DNA from: a virus
Lineage: Duplodnaviria > Heunggongvirae > Uroviricota > Caudoviricetes
Strand: one strand, 5' to 3'
IMG/VR virus record: IMGVR_UViG_3300005076_000001
Location: 1 to 23,360 of that record
Length of the DNA stretch: 23,360 nucleotides
Shown here piece by piece: positions 7,150 to 16,027 of this stretch. Position 1 is the first letter of the stretch, and each line of letters starts with the position of its first letter. The notes below the pieces were generated by a model. That model ran no database searches. It had not been told where the DNA came from and saw nothing but the letters and a program-made list of their open reading frames with translations. The position numbers were made by a program, and so were the translations under genes.

Positions 7150-7413
7150 TCAATCCTCCCAAACAGCTACAACATACCCAACACACGAACATGTTTCACA
7201 CCCTTCCTTGAACACATTGTGTGCCTTATATTTTTCTACATACCATTCTGCCATATCTCCATCTTGAGAAGGGGCAATGATACAATCATCATCTGTTTCA
7301 ATGCACCACTGCTCTCCTCGCCCTTGGCAATCTGGGCAACGACGAAACTGACGACGCCCTTCAATAATTGCACGAATTTCTTCTGGCTCTAAGTCATGTG
7401 TCCATGCACTCAT
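7150..7413 (-). CDS. hypothetical zinc-finger-like protein, 87 aa (CPDC...CETC)
   Basis: ORF track; GAGGAG SD; two CxxC pairs. Confidence 0.85.
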   Translation of the reverse strand: MSAWTHDLEPEEIRAIIEGRRQFRRCPDCQGRGEQWCIETDDDCIIAPSQDGDMAEWYVEKYKAHNVFKEGCETCSCVGYVVAVWED

Positions 7414-7414
7414 T

Positions 7415-7906
7415 TCATTTCTCCTCTAACATATCAAACAAATACTCACTTTGCAACACATAAGCCTCTCGCAGCATATCTGTCACATTGTCCAAAGCAT
7501 TAACAGCATTGTCACATAACCCTTCATGCTTGTCAACATCTACAAGAATAGAGGATAGCAATGTCTGTACAACATGTATTCTATCCAAGGCTTCATGTGC
7601 ATATGCTACACGTTGTTGATGTTTCACTTTATTCTCCTCTTGTTTCTTTGGTGCGTGCAATACAGTGCCACACTCGCTGCAATACTCAGACCAATTGTTG
7701 CTGTCCCAGAGAATGATACCATCCCCACAGACAGGGCAATCTGGAGCTTTCTCAGCCCAAGCGTCTTTAAGAAAATCTGGATGTGTGTTTGCAACAAGCT
7801 CTGCAATGTTGTAGCGTTTTCGTTTCCCACACTCTTTCTCTGGCGGTGTCACATTGTTGCTTGGGCGTGGGGTTGTTGGTTCTGGGTTTTCACCGTATGG
7901 TTTCAT
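7415..7906 (-). CDS. hypothetical protein, 163 aa, with zinc ribbon (CPVC...CSEC) and probable internal start at GTG 7627
   Basis: ORF track; AAGGAG SD; internal GAGGAG SD 7 nt before the in-frame GTG. Confidence 0.85.
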   Translation of the reverse strand: MKPYGENPEPTTPRPSNNVTPPEKECGKRKRYNIAELVANTHPDFLKDAWAEKAPDCPVCGDGIILWDSNNWSEYCSECGTVLHAPKKQEENKVKHQQRVAYAHEALDRIHVVQTLLSSILVDVDKHEGLCDNAVNALDNVTDMLREAYVLQSEYLFDMLEEK

Positions 7907-8007
7907 ATTTTCTCCTTTATTCTAAATAGCGGCGTAAAAGCCGCGTTAGCACATGAGCGTCAGCGTTGTGCTATTCTGTTTCTCATTAGCCATTAGGTTT
8001 TTGAATG

Positions 8008-8706
8008 CTAGATAATCCCACATTGTATCTCCCCTTGAATGCAAACAATTGTAAACTTACCGTCAGAAAAGCAAGCTCCTGTGTCAATGTACGTAACATT
8101 ACCTAGAGAAATGCTGTCGTTCAATGGTGTATGTCCGACATAAACATGCTCAATGTTCTTCACACCGCTTGTAATGCTGTTGTTGATTCTGTCTCGGCTC
8201 CACAACATAATGTTCTTAATGCCTTCTGTTTTCATGTTGTCTTCTGCCCCTTCAAGCTTGTAGATTTCTTCCCAATCAGAATATGGAACATCGGCATGAA
8301 CAACACCGACACGTCCATAATCTGTCTCGATTTCAATTGCAAGAGGAAGCTCCATAAGTTCGTAAGCAATAACATTCTTTTTAGCTTGTGGCACACTTTC
8401 CCACCACATGCCACCATTCATGTAAAAGCTGGCAAGCATGTATTCGCTTCCGTTAAAAGCATCAATACACATTTGCTCGTGATTGCCCATAACAGCATGG
8501 ACATAAGGCAAGGATAGGAAGTCTAGCACATGTTCACTCTCCATGCCACGATCAATCAAATCACCAACACAGAATAGACGATCTGTCTCTTTGTTAAAGC
8601 CAATGGCGTCTAGCTGTTCATACAGTTTTGTGTATGTGCCATGAATATCCCCAACAACGAAGTCTTTCCCGCGCGTGTTCTTCTGGAATTTCTTCAGTAC
8701 GTTCAT
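8008..8706 (-). CDS. Ser/Thr protein phosphatase-like metallophosphoesterase (lambda NinI/PPP family), 232 aa
   Basis: GDIHG, GDLIDRG, GNHE, GHTP and IDTG motifs; start moved to ATG 8706 after AGGAG SD. Confidence 0.93.
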   Translation of the reverse strand: MNVLKKFQKNTRGKDFVVGDIHGTYTKLYEQLDAIGFNKETDRLFCVGDLIDRGMESEHVLDFLSLPYVHAVMGNHEQMCIDAFNGSEYMLASFYMNGGMWWESVPQAKKNVIAYELMELPLAIEIETDYGRVGVVHADVPYSDWEEIYKLEGAEDNMKTEGIKNIMLWSRDRINNSITSGVKNIEHVYVGHTPLNDSISLGNVTYIDTGACFSDGKFTIVCIQGEIQCGII

Positions 8707-8707
8707 T

Positions 8708-9130
8708 TTATTTCTCCTGTAAAGTATAGCCAAACTTCCCTGCATTGACAAGAAGATCGCACAGGCGTTGCTCATATACCCCATACCAGTGATTGAACTC
8801 TCGCTCTACACTGGCACGAACATCTTCTTCTGTTACTACAACCTCATAATGAATCACTGCATAATGACGGTCATACCCTTCGTATGGGTCTGGGTCACAC
8901 TCAACAGACAACGAAACATCAGCAGGATTTAAACCCATCTCCATTACTTTGTCAAATAGAGATTGCAAATTCTCCCCTTCAACTTCGCAATGCTTGTCTA
9001 CACTATCCCCAAGCTTAGTGTAATGCAGTTGTGCCACATCTAGAAATTCTTCCATCTCTTCGTAGTTGAAGCTCCACTTGTTGCGAATGTTACCACTGCT
9101 GTCTGTCATAATTTCGCGTAGATTTTTCAT
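8708..9130 (-). CDS. acidic hypothetical protein, 140 aa
   Basis: Start moved to ATG 9130 after AAGGAG SD. Confidence 0.85.
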   Translation of the reverse strand: MKNLREIMTDSSGNIRNKWSFNYEEMEEFLDVAQLHYTKLGDSVDKHCEVEGENLQSLFDKVMEMGLNPADVSLSVECDPDPYEGYDRHYAVIHYEVVVTEEDVRASVEREFNHWYGVYEQRLCDLLVNAGKFGYTLQEK

Positions 9131-9310
9131 GTTGTTTCTCCTTTGTTGTAAAATACAGCCCAAACATTAAGTATGGACAGCGATTGCTGGCGTTTTAAGG
9201 CACATTACAGCGACTTTCACCCTCTGAATGTACGTTGATGCACCCTAGGCTTAAAATAGCCTCTTTAAACGGGCTTAAAACGCCTTTCTGCGTTTGTGCC
9301 GGATGCACAT

Positions 9311-9339
9311 ATAGTCTCATACATTTGGTGTTTTGTCAA
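9311..9339 (-). promoter_or_regulatory. probable promoter in the 3' end of the upstream gene
   Basis: TTGACA(9339-9334)-17 bp-GACTAT with TGn; spacer resembles the 5451-5479 promoter. Confidence 0.5.
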
Positions 9340-9499
9340 TATCTTTCTTACGTGTAAATTTAATAGGCTTCCATTGCCTGCACACGCTATCACTCTTAGC
9401 ACGACAATCGTGAAATCCACACAATCCATCTGAAGAATGTGGATAGCGTTCTAGCTTCCACTTCACCCAATGTCTACACCCTCCACAACTCTTTTGCAT
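9317..9499 (-). CDS. small Cys-rich hypothetical protein, 60 aa
   Basis: ORF track; CxxC...C...C; packed 1 nt after previous stop. Confidence 0.75.
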   Translation of the reverse strand: MQKSCGGCRHWVKWKLERYPHSSDGLCGFHDCRAKSDSVCRQWKPIKFTRKKDIDKTPNV

Positions 9500-9500
9500 A

Positions 9501-9692
9501 TCATACCCATTTACAGTAAGTAAAAGAAACTAAGAAAAGCAGCCCACACAACACAACAATACATGACAACCAAAAAGTCACACAAGCAATTACAGCATCC
9601 TTCTCTTCGTTCAGACCAAGGGAGTGTCTAACGCCTGCTATACCGAGTAACACTAACAGAATACCTGCAATAAGTTCCATAACATTCTCCAT
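9501..9692 (-). CDS. hypothetical two-TM membrane protein, 63 aa
   Basis: ORF track; two hydrophobic helices. Confidence 0.75.
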   Translation of the reverse strand: MENVMELIAGILLVLLGIAGVRHSLGLNEEKDAVIACVTFWLSCIVVLCGLLFLVSFTYCKWV

Positions 9693-9737
9693 AAAGAAAA
9701 AGACACACAGGCATAATAGCCCATGTGTCTCGTTGTG

Positions 9738-9926
9738 TCAACTAGATTTGTTTGTATTCGGCAGGAATGTTTCTATACCTGTCAAATGTGTCCACACTTG
9801 CTTTTCATTATCCCAATCCCCAAGCCAACCCAGAGGTTTGTACCGATAAACCTCATCATCGTCAATGCGTGCATAAAGCTCACCGTTCAGGTAGATTTGT
9901 GTTCCAACACGGCTATAGTTTTGCAT
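9738..9926 (-). CDS. hypothetical protein, 62 aa
   Basis: ORF track; GAGGAG SD; 1-nt overlap with ClpP-like gene. Confidence 0.85.
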   Translation of the reverse strand: MQNYSRVGTQIYLNGELYARIDDDEVYRYKPLGWLGDWDNEKQVWTHLTGIETFLPNTNKSS

Positions 9927-10699
9927 TACTCTTTCTCCTCTTGTGCTGGTTGTTTCTTACGACGACTTGCATACGGTGGTCGAAGAGTGCCTTGCTTTGC
10001 TGCGGCTTCTTCTCCTACATCGTCACCTGTCGACTCCTCTGCGGCTTGGGTATGTGTGTCTGTGCCACAATGCCCACACTCACATTCATCTTCTTCAATC
10101 TGTGCAAGATATTCGTTACGTTTCTGGAAGCGATCAATCCAAGCGGAAGCATCGAGCCATAGGTCTTTCCCTTCAAGCATATCATCAAGCTCTTTCTCAG
10201 ACAAGAAATGCTTGTACACAGAACGAAGGCGAGATTCCATGTATTTGATGGTGAAAGCAGAAGATGCTTTAAACTCTGGAATTGTACCACTCATACCAGC
10301 ACTACCTGCATGAAGCAGAGCATGAAACCCTTCGCTCAATTCAAAACTATCTGCATACAGTGGAATGAAAGAGAAAGCAGAAGCAAGAAGGCCAGTGCAT
10401 ACGCAATGAATACTCACCCCACGAGCTTGTGCGCTTTGCATCTCATGAATGAGCAAATCAACACTGCTTACACAACCACCAACACCAGAGACATACATTG
10501 TAACATTGTCCCCTTCCTCAAGCTGTCGCAATGTGTCTACAATAGGAACAACATCGGTTGGGCTTTCAATGCTTTCATGTACGAAGATTGGAAAATCCCT
10601 CACCATCTGTACACGAGGGTTGCCAACAATGAACATGCCACCGTCAGATTGTGTGCCAATGCCGTTACGTTTGGTTGTTTTGTTCACAAATTTATTCAT
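9926..10699 (-). CDS. ClpP-like (S14 family) serine protease, 257 aa
   Basis: MYVSGVGG (NSPGG-like), LASAFSFI (catalytic Ser) and LLHAG (catalytic His); AAGGAG SD. Confidence 0.85.
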   Translation of the reverse strand: MNKFVNKTTKRNGIGTQSDGGMFIVGNPRVQMVRDFPIFVHESIESPTDVVPIVDTLRQLEEGDNVTMYVSGVGGCVSSVDLLIHEMQSAQARGVSIHCVCTGLLASAFSFIPLYADSFELSEGFHALLHAGSAGMSGTIPEFKASSAFTIKYMESRLRSVYKHFLSEKELDDMLEGKDLWLDASAWIDRFQKRNEYLAQIEEDECECGHCGTDTHTQAAEESTGDDVGEEAAAKQGTLRPPYASRRKKQPAQEEKE

Positions 10700-10710
10700 T
10701 GTTGTTCTCC

Positions 10711-11850
10711 TTAATCTGTAATAAGAACTTGGTAATTCATCAATGCTTCATAAGCTCTTGGGTCAATCTGATCTTTCCACATTTCAGCCAGTCTCTTTGC
10801 ATTCTTTTCCTTGTCTTGCTTGTAGGCGTTAAATGCTGCCTCGACTGTTGTGAAGTTTCCAATTACATAGTTCTCACCTAACCATGCCCCTTGTGCGCGA
10901 TATGGGCTTGTTTTGGAGTTAGACAAATCCACACCCAATGGAAACTCATTAAAGCGTTTCGGCTTGATGAACGTATTTATTTGCGGAGGAAGGAACACGC
11001 AGTTATCGAAAGAGTATTCACTATTCCCTCTTACCAAAAGGTCTTTGTCTAACTGCCAACCCTCATTCCCGAAACCAATCTGTTTATCACACCAAGCGGC
11101 AAACGTCTGGTAGCAATGCATATCAGGGTGAACTTCAACATACATATAACTTGGTGCATACTTAAGCTGCTCTGGACTGTAGCACCGCTTAATCATGGAA
11201 TTGAAGTGCGTATAGTGTTCAGTGTGTTTGCCGTCGATCTTGGCAACATACCCACCCACACCGAAGTACCCAACACCACAAATGCTCCTATGAAACGGGT
11301 TACTTACATTGCCTCTTTTGACATTAGCCGCCGTAACTTCTACCTCCACAGCAGGTGAGTCACTAAACACCACAGAGCAGCGACCTCGTTTTCCTTTCAA
11401 GCTGGTTACAGTTGCAGTATACCCCTCGTTTGTTGCAAAGCTATCGCCAACCTTAAAAGTTCCAGTGCGCATTGTACAACCGCAAGAAGGGTGAACACTT
11501 CTTTCAAATTCAAGCCGTGTCTTAATTGTGGTATTTCCGCAACTACATGCAAACTCCCACAAAAAGTTTTTAGCCTTCTTCCCTACCGCCTTAATTGCAG
11601 TTAGTTCACCTTTACTAAATCCGGCTATGTTTTTAGGTGCCGTACCACCACCAAGGCAGCCGCAGGATTTTTGTTTTCCGCTCTGCATGTCAGACATACG
11701 CACTGTGCAAATGTTTCCGCAATCACATTTGCAAGTAAAACGACGAACCATCTTACCAGTTGTTTCACTTTGTTTGCGTTCTGCCTCTTCGACAACAGTG
11801 AGCATGTTATACTTCGCACCAATAGGTATCTCTTTCAACACACCCATCAT
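10711..11850 (-). CDS. free-standing HNH-like homing endonuclease with CxCxCG zinc repeats and a C-terminal AP2-like DNA-binding domain, 379 aa
   Basis: CKCDCG, ACSCG, WQLDKDLL..GN.EYS..NCVFLP..IN, YRAQ...IGNF..VE.AF..YK motifs. Confidence 0.8.
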   Translation of the reverse strand: MMGVLKEIPIGAKYNMLTVVEEAERKQSETTGKMVRRFTCKCDCGNICTVRMSDMQSGKQKSCGCLGGGTAPKNIAGFSKGELTAIKAVGKKAKNFLWEFACSCGNTTIKTRLEFERSVHPSCGCTMRTGTFKVGDSFATNEGYTATVTSLKGKRGRCSVVFSDSPAVEVEVTAANVKRGNVSNPFHRSICGVGYFGVGGYVAKIDGKHTEHYTHFNSMIKRCYSPEQLKYAPSYMYVEVHPDMHCYQTFAAWCDKQIGFGNEGWQLDKDLLVRGNSEYSFDNCVFLPPQINTFIKPKRFNEFPLGVDLSNSKTSPYRAQGAWLGENYVIGNFTTVEAAFNAYKQDKEKNAKRLAEMWKDQIDPRAYEALMNYQVLITD

Positions 11851-12638
11851 ACATCTCCATAAGCACGTAGAACGTCTTTAACAATCTCGGAACGCATAAC
11901 GTCTTTTACACCAAATTTGTGTTTTGCAAAATTCGGATATTTAGCGTTTCCGTTTTCATCAAAGAAACGAGACATTGCATCTTGCATCCCACTGCGACCT
12001 TTGTCTGCTGTGTAAATCTGCGTACTACTGCCGCTAATCACAACCTTTGTATTTTCACCAATGCGCTCAAGCAGCAACTTCATAATGATTGGCTCAAATA
12101 ACTGGCTCTCGTCCAAAAGCCAAAGCTTGTTGTCCATTGTCGCTCCCAAAATATAGTTTGCAATGGTGAAGTGGATGCGCTTACCTAGATCGTTTTTAAC
12201 CTTCTCCTTACCCAGAAACTGTTCCAGAAGTTTACGTGTACTTGCATAGTGTGGCTCAAGTTTAGATTGCAAATCGTTCGGCAAAAAGCCTACCTTGTCT
12301 TTACCCACTTCAGCAGGTGTGCGTGTAATTACAATCTCAAGAGAAGGGTCACGCAGATACTGTTTGCAAAAATACCACAATGTAACTGCCGTCTTGCCAA
12401 CGCCCGCTGGGCTGTCCACAAAAGTTACGATGTTCTCTTCAATCTTGTCAATAAACTCCCATTGTGCTGCTGTTGGTTGGAACTCATTGATACGGTTTTC
12501 AACCTTAGCCACCTCACTTGGTTTTGGTGTTGGTGGTGTACCAGCAGCCTGCTTCACATTACGCGTTTGCTTACGTGTTTTACGCGGCTGTGCAATGGCA
12601 CTGTCGATAGCGTACAAATCGTCTTCTGTGTATGTCAT
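11847..12638 (-). CDS. phoH: PhoH-like ATPase, 263 aa
   Basis: Walker A SPAGVGKT, ITR.P..V...GFLP..L..KL.P, LLDESQ, VISGS..Q, DVMRSEIVK; AAGGAG SD. Confidence 0.92.
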   Translation of the reverse strand: MTYTEDDLYAIDSAIAQPRKTRKQTRNVKQAAGTPPTPKPSEVAKVENRINEFQPTAAQWEFIDKIEENIVTFVDSPAGVGKTAVTLWYFCKQYLRDPSLEIVITRTPAEVGKDKVGFLPNDLQSKLEPHYASTRKLLEQFLGKEKVKNDLGKRIHFTIANYILGATMDNKLWLLDESQLFEPIIMKLLLERIGENTKVVISGSSTQIYTADKGRSGMQDAMSRFFDENGNAKYPNFAKHKFGVKDVMRSEIVKDVLRAYGDV

Positions 12639-12998
12639 TTACTTCTCCTTGTTCACAATAACATCATTCAACCAAGTTTTAATCTCTTCGTTTGAAGCAC
12701 CATTCTTCGTCATCCAATTAACAGTGTCAACAAGCCGCTTCGCCTTCTTTACACAAGCACCCTTGTTTTCGTATGTTCTTTTGAAGAATCCATTTTCTCC
12801 CCAAAAATAAGGACGACCGTCAACACGAACATCAAGAGAGCGGAAAGGCCCACCTGTTGTCTTGCTACGTACAATTTCTGTTTTCGTAACAAAAACCTTC
12901 TCTGCAAAGAATGCCCAAACACCTTCTTTTGTGTATTCTGGCGGGTAATAGTTTAGGAGCCAGCGTGTTTGCCCTTGTCGAATTCGCTTCTGTTTCAT
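12639..12998 (-). CDS. hypothetical protein, 119 aa (MKQKRIRQ...)
   Basis: Start moved to ATG 12998 (ATGA overlap, AAGGA SD). Confidence 0.8.
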   Translation of the reverse strand: MKQKRIRQGQTRWLLNYYPPEYTKEGVWAFFAEKVFVTKTEIVRSKTTGGPFRSLDVRVDGRPYFWGENGFFKRTYENKGACVKKAKRLVDTVNWMTKNGASNEEIKTWLNDVIVNKEK

Positions 12999-13198
12999 TT
13001 GATTCCTTTCTTCGGCTTTGGAATTAACGGACTCCAATGTGTATCGAATCGTGGATTGAAAATGTCCTTGCGCGAACATCCCCACCGGCTGTAACACCAC
13101 ACCAACATATTCTTTGGAGGTGTTAGTTCTTCTGGTGTGTAATAACGCGCAGCAACAGGAATGTCTTTTGTGCTGCAATGCCCAATTTGGAAATTCAT
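12995..13198 (-). CDS. hypothetical protein, 67 aa
   Basis: ORF track; AAGGAGAG SD. Confidence 0.85.
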   Translation of the reverse strand: MNFQIGHCSTKDIPVAARYYTPEELTPPKNMLVWCYSRWGCSRKDIFNPRFDTHWSPLIPKPKKGIK

Positions 13199-13245
13199 AC
13201 TCTCTCCTTGTAAAGCAAGGCCGCCGATAAAAGCAGCCCCGTTAG

Positions 13246-13533
13246 TTAAGACACCAAAGGCATTACAAACACTTTAGCATCTTTACCTGTAAGTTCCTTA
13301 AACTCTGCTTTCAGTTCTGGAATACCACTTAGCGTTTCTTCATCCACTTCAGTGAAAGTGTACTAGCCACGTGCCAAACACCAACCAACTATACAATCAG
13401 AGTTATCTGCATCATACATCGGACTAATGCGTTCGAGAGTGTCTTCGTAGTTTTCATACCAATCGTCACTATCCTCGCACACTTCATCGAACGGCAGACC
13501 AACAACCAATACACCACTAATACTCATACCCAT
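13246..13533 (-). pseudogene. 95-codon hypothetical gene interrupted by one in-frame TAG (13363-13365): pseudogene, readthrough or sequencing error
   Basis: Translated by hand: MGMSISGVLVVGLP...CLARG*YTFTEVD...FKELTGKDAKVFVMPLVS; AAGGAG SD; no restart signal after the TAG. Confidence 0.75.
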
Positions 13534-13534
13534 C

Positions 13535-13693
13535 TCAGTTCTCCTTTACATCTTTCAGCAAGCTAATGAAATATTCAGCTTGTTGTTCTGGTGTGAAATT
13601 ATCCCATGTTTGAAGCTGTTCTGGCGCTGTTGTATTTAGGTCAGAATACCACTTCTTCCAAGCAGCTACCACATCTTCTTCATTAAATGTCAT
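13535..13693 (-). CDS. hypothetical protein, 52 aa (MTFNEEDVVAAW...)
   Basis: Translated by hand; AAGGAG SD; fills the gap exactly. Confidence 0.8.
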   Translation of the reverse strand: MTFNEEDVVAAWKKWYSDLNTTAPEQLQTWDNFTPEQQAEYFISLLKDVKEN

Positions 13694-13704
13694 TTGTATT
13701 CTCC

Positions 13705-13980
13705 TTATGCTTGTTTACGTGCATTACGACGTTGTGTTGTAGCTGGCTTTTCTTCTGTTTGATCTTCTACAACCACTTGTTCACTTGTTACAACTTGTGC
13801 AGGGTTTTCTCGTACAAGTGTATCACTTTTCACTAAAGTGATTGTCCACATATTCCCAATAAGCTGTGGAGCATGTTCAACACTTTCACCATCCATGTCC
13901 CAACCCTCACGAGCCATGTCAATCAGAATGCGTGTAAATTCAATAGGGCTAGATGTTGCAATTTGGAATGTTTGTTTCAT
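13705..13980 (-). CDS. hypothetical protein, 91 aa
   Basis: ORF track; AAGGAG SD. Confidence 0.85.
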   Translation of the reverse strand: MKQTFQIATSSPIEFTRILIDMAREGWDMDGESVEHAPQLIGNMWTITLVKSDTLVRENPAQVVTSEQVVVEDQTEEKPATTQRRNARKQA

Positions 13981-14040
13981 TTTAATTCTCCTTTATATCT
14001 GAACGTAGTGAAGATATATTCTCACAGAACAGCTAGTTTG

Positions 14041-14310
14041 TCAATCTATTTCTTCACCATACAACTCATCCAGCCATTTATCTAGACATTTTAGACACAG
14101 TCTGTATTCTCCGAAGAAGCTACCATCCACTAGCGCCTTCTCGTATCGGTAGGTTTCTCCTTTCTCAATGAAGTGGTCTTGCTTTCCGTCCAAGCTAAAA
14201 CATACATGACGTTTACGTGCTTTTCTCATTTTAATTTGTTGACAAGACAGTAAGGCATCTTGATCTTCAAACATGTTTAATGAGAGGTAGTCGTCCTCTT
14301 CATACTTCAT
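14041..14310 (-). CDS. hypothetical protein, 89 aa, possible zinc-binding (H.C...CLKC)
   Basis: ORF track; GGGGG SD. Confidence 0.8.
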   Translation of the reverse strand: MKYEEDDYLSLNMFEDQDALLSCQQIKMRKARKRHVCFSLDGKQDHFIEKGETYRYEKALVDGSFFGEYRLCLKCLDKWLDELYGEEID

Positions 14311-14427
14311 TACAAGCCCCCGTTTGTCAAGAACAATTTATAGGCATTCTGTTTCACATATTTCGTTTGTTGTTTTTGTGCATATTGCAACACAAGAATA
14401 TGGAAGAAAGAGAATAGATAGTAGACA

Positions 14428-14676
14428 CTAGTCATAATTGTCTTCCTCCTTCTCTAAACGCTTCCTATATTCTTCAAGCTCTGCTTCATATTTCTCTTTC
14501 TGTGCAATATCTTTAGAAATATACTGTACAAGGTCACGAAGAACATTTGTGTGTTTTACAATATGGCTGTTGTCTTGCATCTCATAATCAATAATAAGCT
14601 CTTCGTTTCTTGCAACAGACAAGAGAAGTTCTTCACGCCAATGTTTCAATGTTTCCAGCGAGACAGAATGTGTCAT
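14428..14676 (-). CDS. hypothetical coiled-coil protein, 82 aa
   Basis: ORF track; GGGAG SD; ATGA overlap. Confidence 0.85.
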   Translation of the reverse strand: MTHSVSLETLKHWREELLLSVARNEELIIDYEMQDNSHIVKHTNVLRDLVQYISKDIAQKEKYEAELEEYRKRLEKEEDNYD

Positions 14677-14900
14677 TGTTTTCTCCCTTCCAATTCTGAG
14701 CCAAGCAGCTCTTCAAAGAAGAACATGAGTAACAACAGTGTATTAGCAATAGGCACAATACCTAGCATCATAAAACCAAATATGTGTGCAGTTTTCTGGC
14801 TAACACCATCAGACCATCTAGAATAAATACCAACTGTACCCACTGCAAACCACACAAATACAGTGATACAATAAACTACCCACAATGTTGTCATTTGCAT
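14673..14900 (-). CDS. hypothetical two-TM membrane protein, 75 aa
   Basis: ORF track; GGAG SD; two hydrophobic helices. Confidence 0.85.
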   Translation of the reverse strand: MQMTTLWVVYCITVFVWFAVGTVGIYSRWSDGVSQKTAHIFGFMMLGIVPIANTLLLLMFFFEELLGSELEGRKQ

Positions 14901-15184
14901 TTCTCCAAAGCAATTGCAAATGAACGTGCATTCTCAAAGAATTTCAGCATACGTGTTTCTGTTGCTTGTTCTTTGTGTAGATGTTTAAGCCACTGTTTAT
15001 GATCGTTCACAAGGCTCATATAGTATTTGTAGTCACATTCCGCGCCAGCATCGTAATAAAGTGTTGCCATGTCTTTCTGAAGACCGCAAGAGTTAATTAC
15101 GTCTTGAATTTCAACTTTACGCTTGTCCAAGCTGCTTTGCAAATGACGAATGTATTGCTCTACGTCTTGTTGAATTTTATTCAT
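14891..15184 (-). CDS. hypothetical protein, 97 aa (MNKIQQ...)
   Basis: Start moved to ATG 15184 after AAGGAGAG SD. Confidence 0.85.
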   Translation of the reverse strand: MNKIQQDVEQYIRHLQSSLDKRKVEIQDVINSCGLQKDMATLYYDAGAECDYKYYMSLVNDHKQWLKHLHKEQATETRMLKFFENARSFAIALEKCK

Positions 15185-15279
15185 TTCATTCTCTCCTTTA
15201 GAATGTATTTCCAATTGTAATAATATACTGCTTATTCCCAGCAAACTCTTTTGTAAGTTTAACACTCTTCACAGCATTT

Positions 15280-15402
15280 CTAGAACCCATACACATTGAA
15301 CAGAAGATGCACTTCAGACGGGTTTGCATTAATTTGTTCTAGCTCTGCCTTAACTTTAAACAAGGCACTAATCAGATCATCAATACTCATCGGCTCACGC
15401 AT
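15280..15402 (-). CDS. hypothetical protein, 40 aa (MREPMSIDDL...)
   Basis: Translated by hand; AAGGAG SD; overlaps upstream stop. Confidence 0.7.
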   Translation of the reverse strand: MREPMSIDDLISALFKVKAELEQINANPSEVHLLFNVYGF

Positions 15403-16027
15403 TTCGTTTCTCCTTTTCATTGTTCCAGTTGTCTACATCATATGTAATAGCTTGCATCTTGTCAACCCATTCGTACAAACGTCCAGAGACATACATGTTA
15501 CGTACAAGCAGCACAAAGAATTTAGCCTCTTCCTCGCTTGTAATGGAATATGGGACGCAAATCTCAACACCCTTGCAACGGTTCCACCATTCTACACGAA
15601 CAGAGGGACGAGCAACAACCCCATTTTCTTTGTCTTTAAGAAATGCTTCCTGTTGCTCCCAAAGCTCTTTGTGCCACTTATCCATCTCTTCTTTGTTGCT
15701 GTCTTCCATTGTGAAGCCCACTACTTTCTTACGGCTTTTGCCAAGCTTTTTCGTGGAATAAGGCTTCCATTCGACAGTGTTCTTTGGATAGGAGGGGTAG
15801 AGCTTATCCCACACAATTTGTTCACATTCGTCTTTATATTTCATGCGAGGATGAATGAAACATACAGCGTAGCGAATGCCGTTTAAGTAGAAGCTGAAGT
15901 CATTCCACCATGTCAAGCTGACGGGGACAACATCTTCATAACCACCAAGGACAGAAAAGCCCTTACGCTGTCCTTTGGCTGCTAGGAGCATTCGTTGTTT
16001 CTTTGCTTCCATCATTTTGTTTTTCAT
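15395..16027 (-). CDS. hypothetical protein, 210 aa
   Basis: ORF track; AGGAG SD; abuts macrodomain gene. Confidence 0.88.
   Translation of the reverse strand: MKNKMMEAKKQRMLLAAKGQRKGFSVLGGYEDVVPVSLTWWNDFSFYLNGIRYAVCFIHPRMKYKDECEQIVWDKLYPSYPKNTVEWKPYSTKKLGKSRKKVVGFTMEDSNKEEMDKWHKELWEQQEAFLKDKENGVVARPSVRVEWWNRCKGVEICVPYSITSEEEAKFFVLLVRNMYVSGRLYEWVDKMQAITYDVDNWNNEKEKRNA

Noticed and set aside
7925-13245. Shared motif in the short hairpins at ~7928-7950 and ~13218-13245 (CTAACG.GGCT..TTT on the - strand)
   Set aside because: Only two loose copies; consistent with ordinary intergenic stem-loops
4046-15282. Genome-wide TAG reassignment (alternative genetic code)
   Set aside because: Several genes (e.g. 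382-543, 4046, 8008, 15280) end sensibly at TAG with non-protein-like sequence beyond; long genes contain no internal TAG; only one interrupted gene was found
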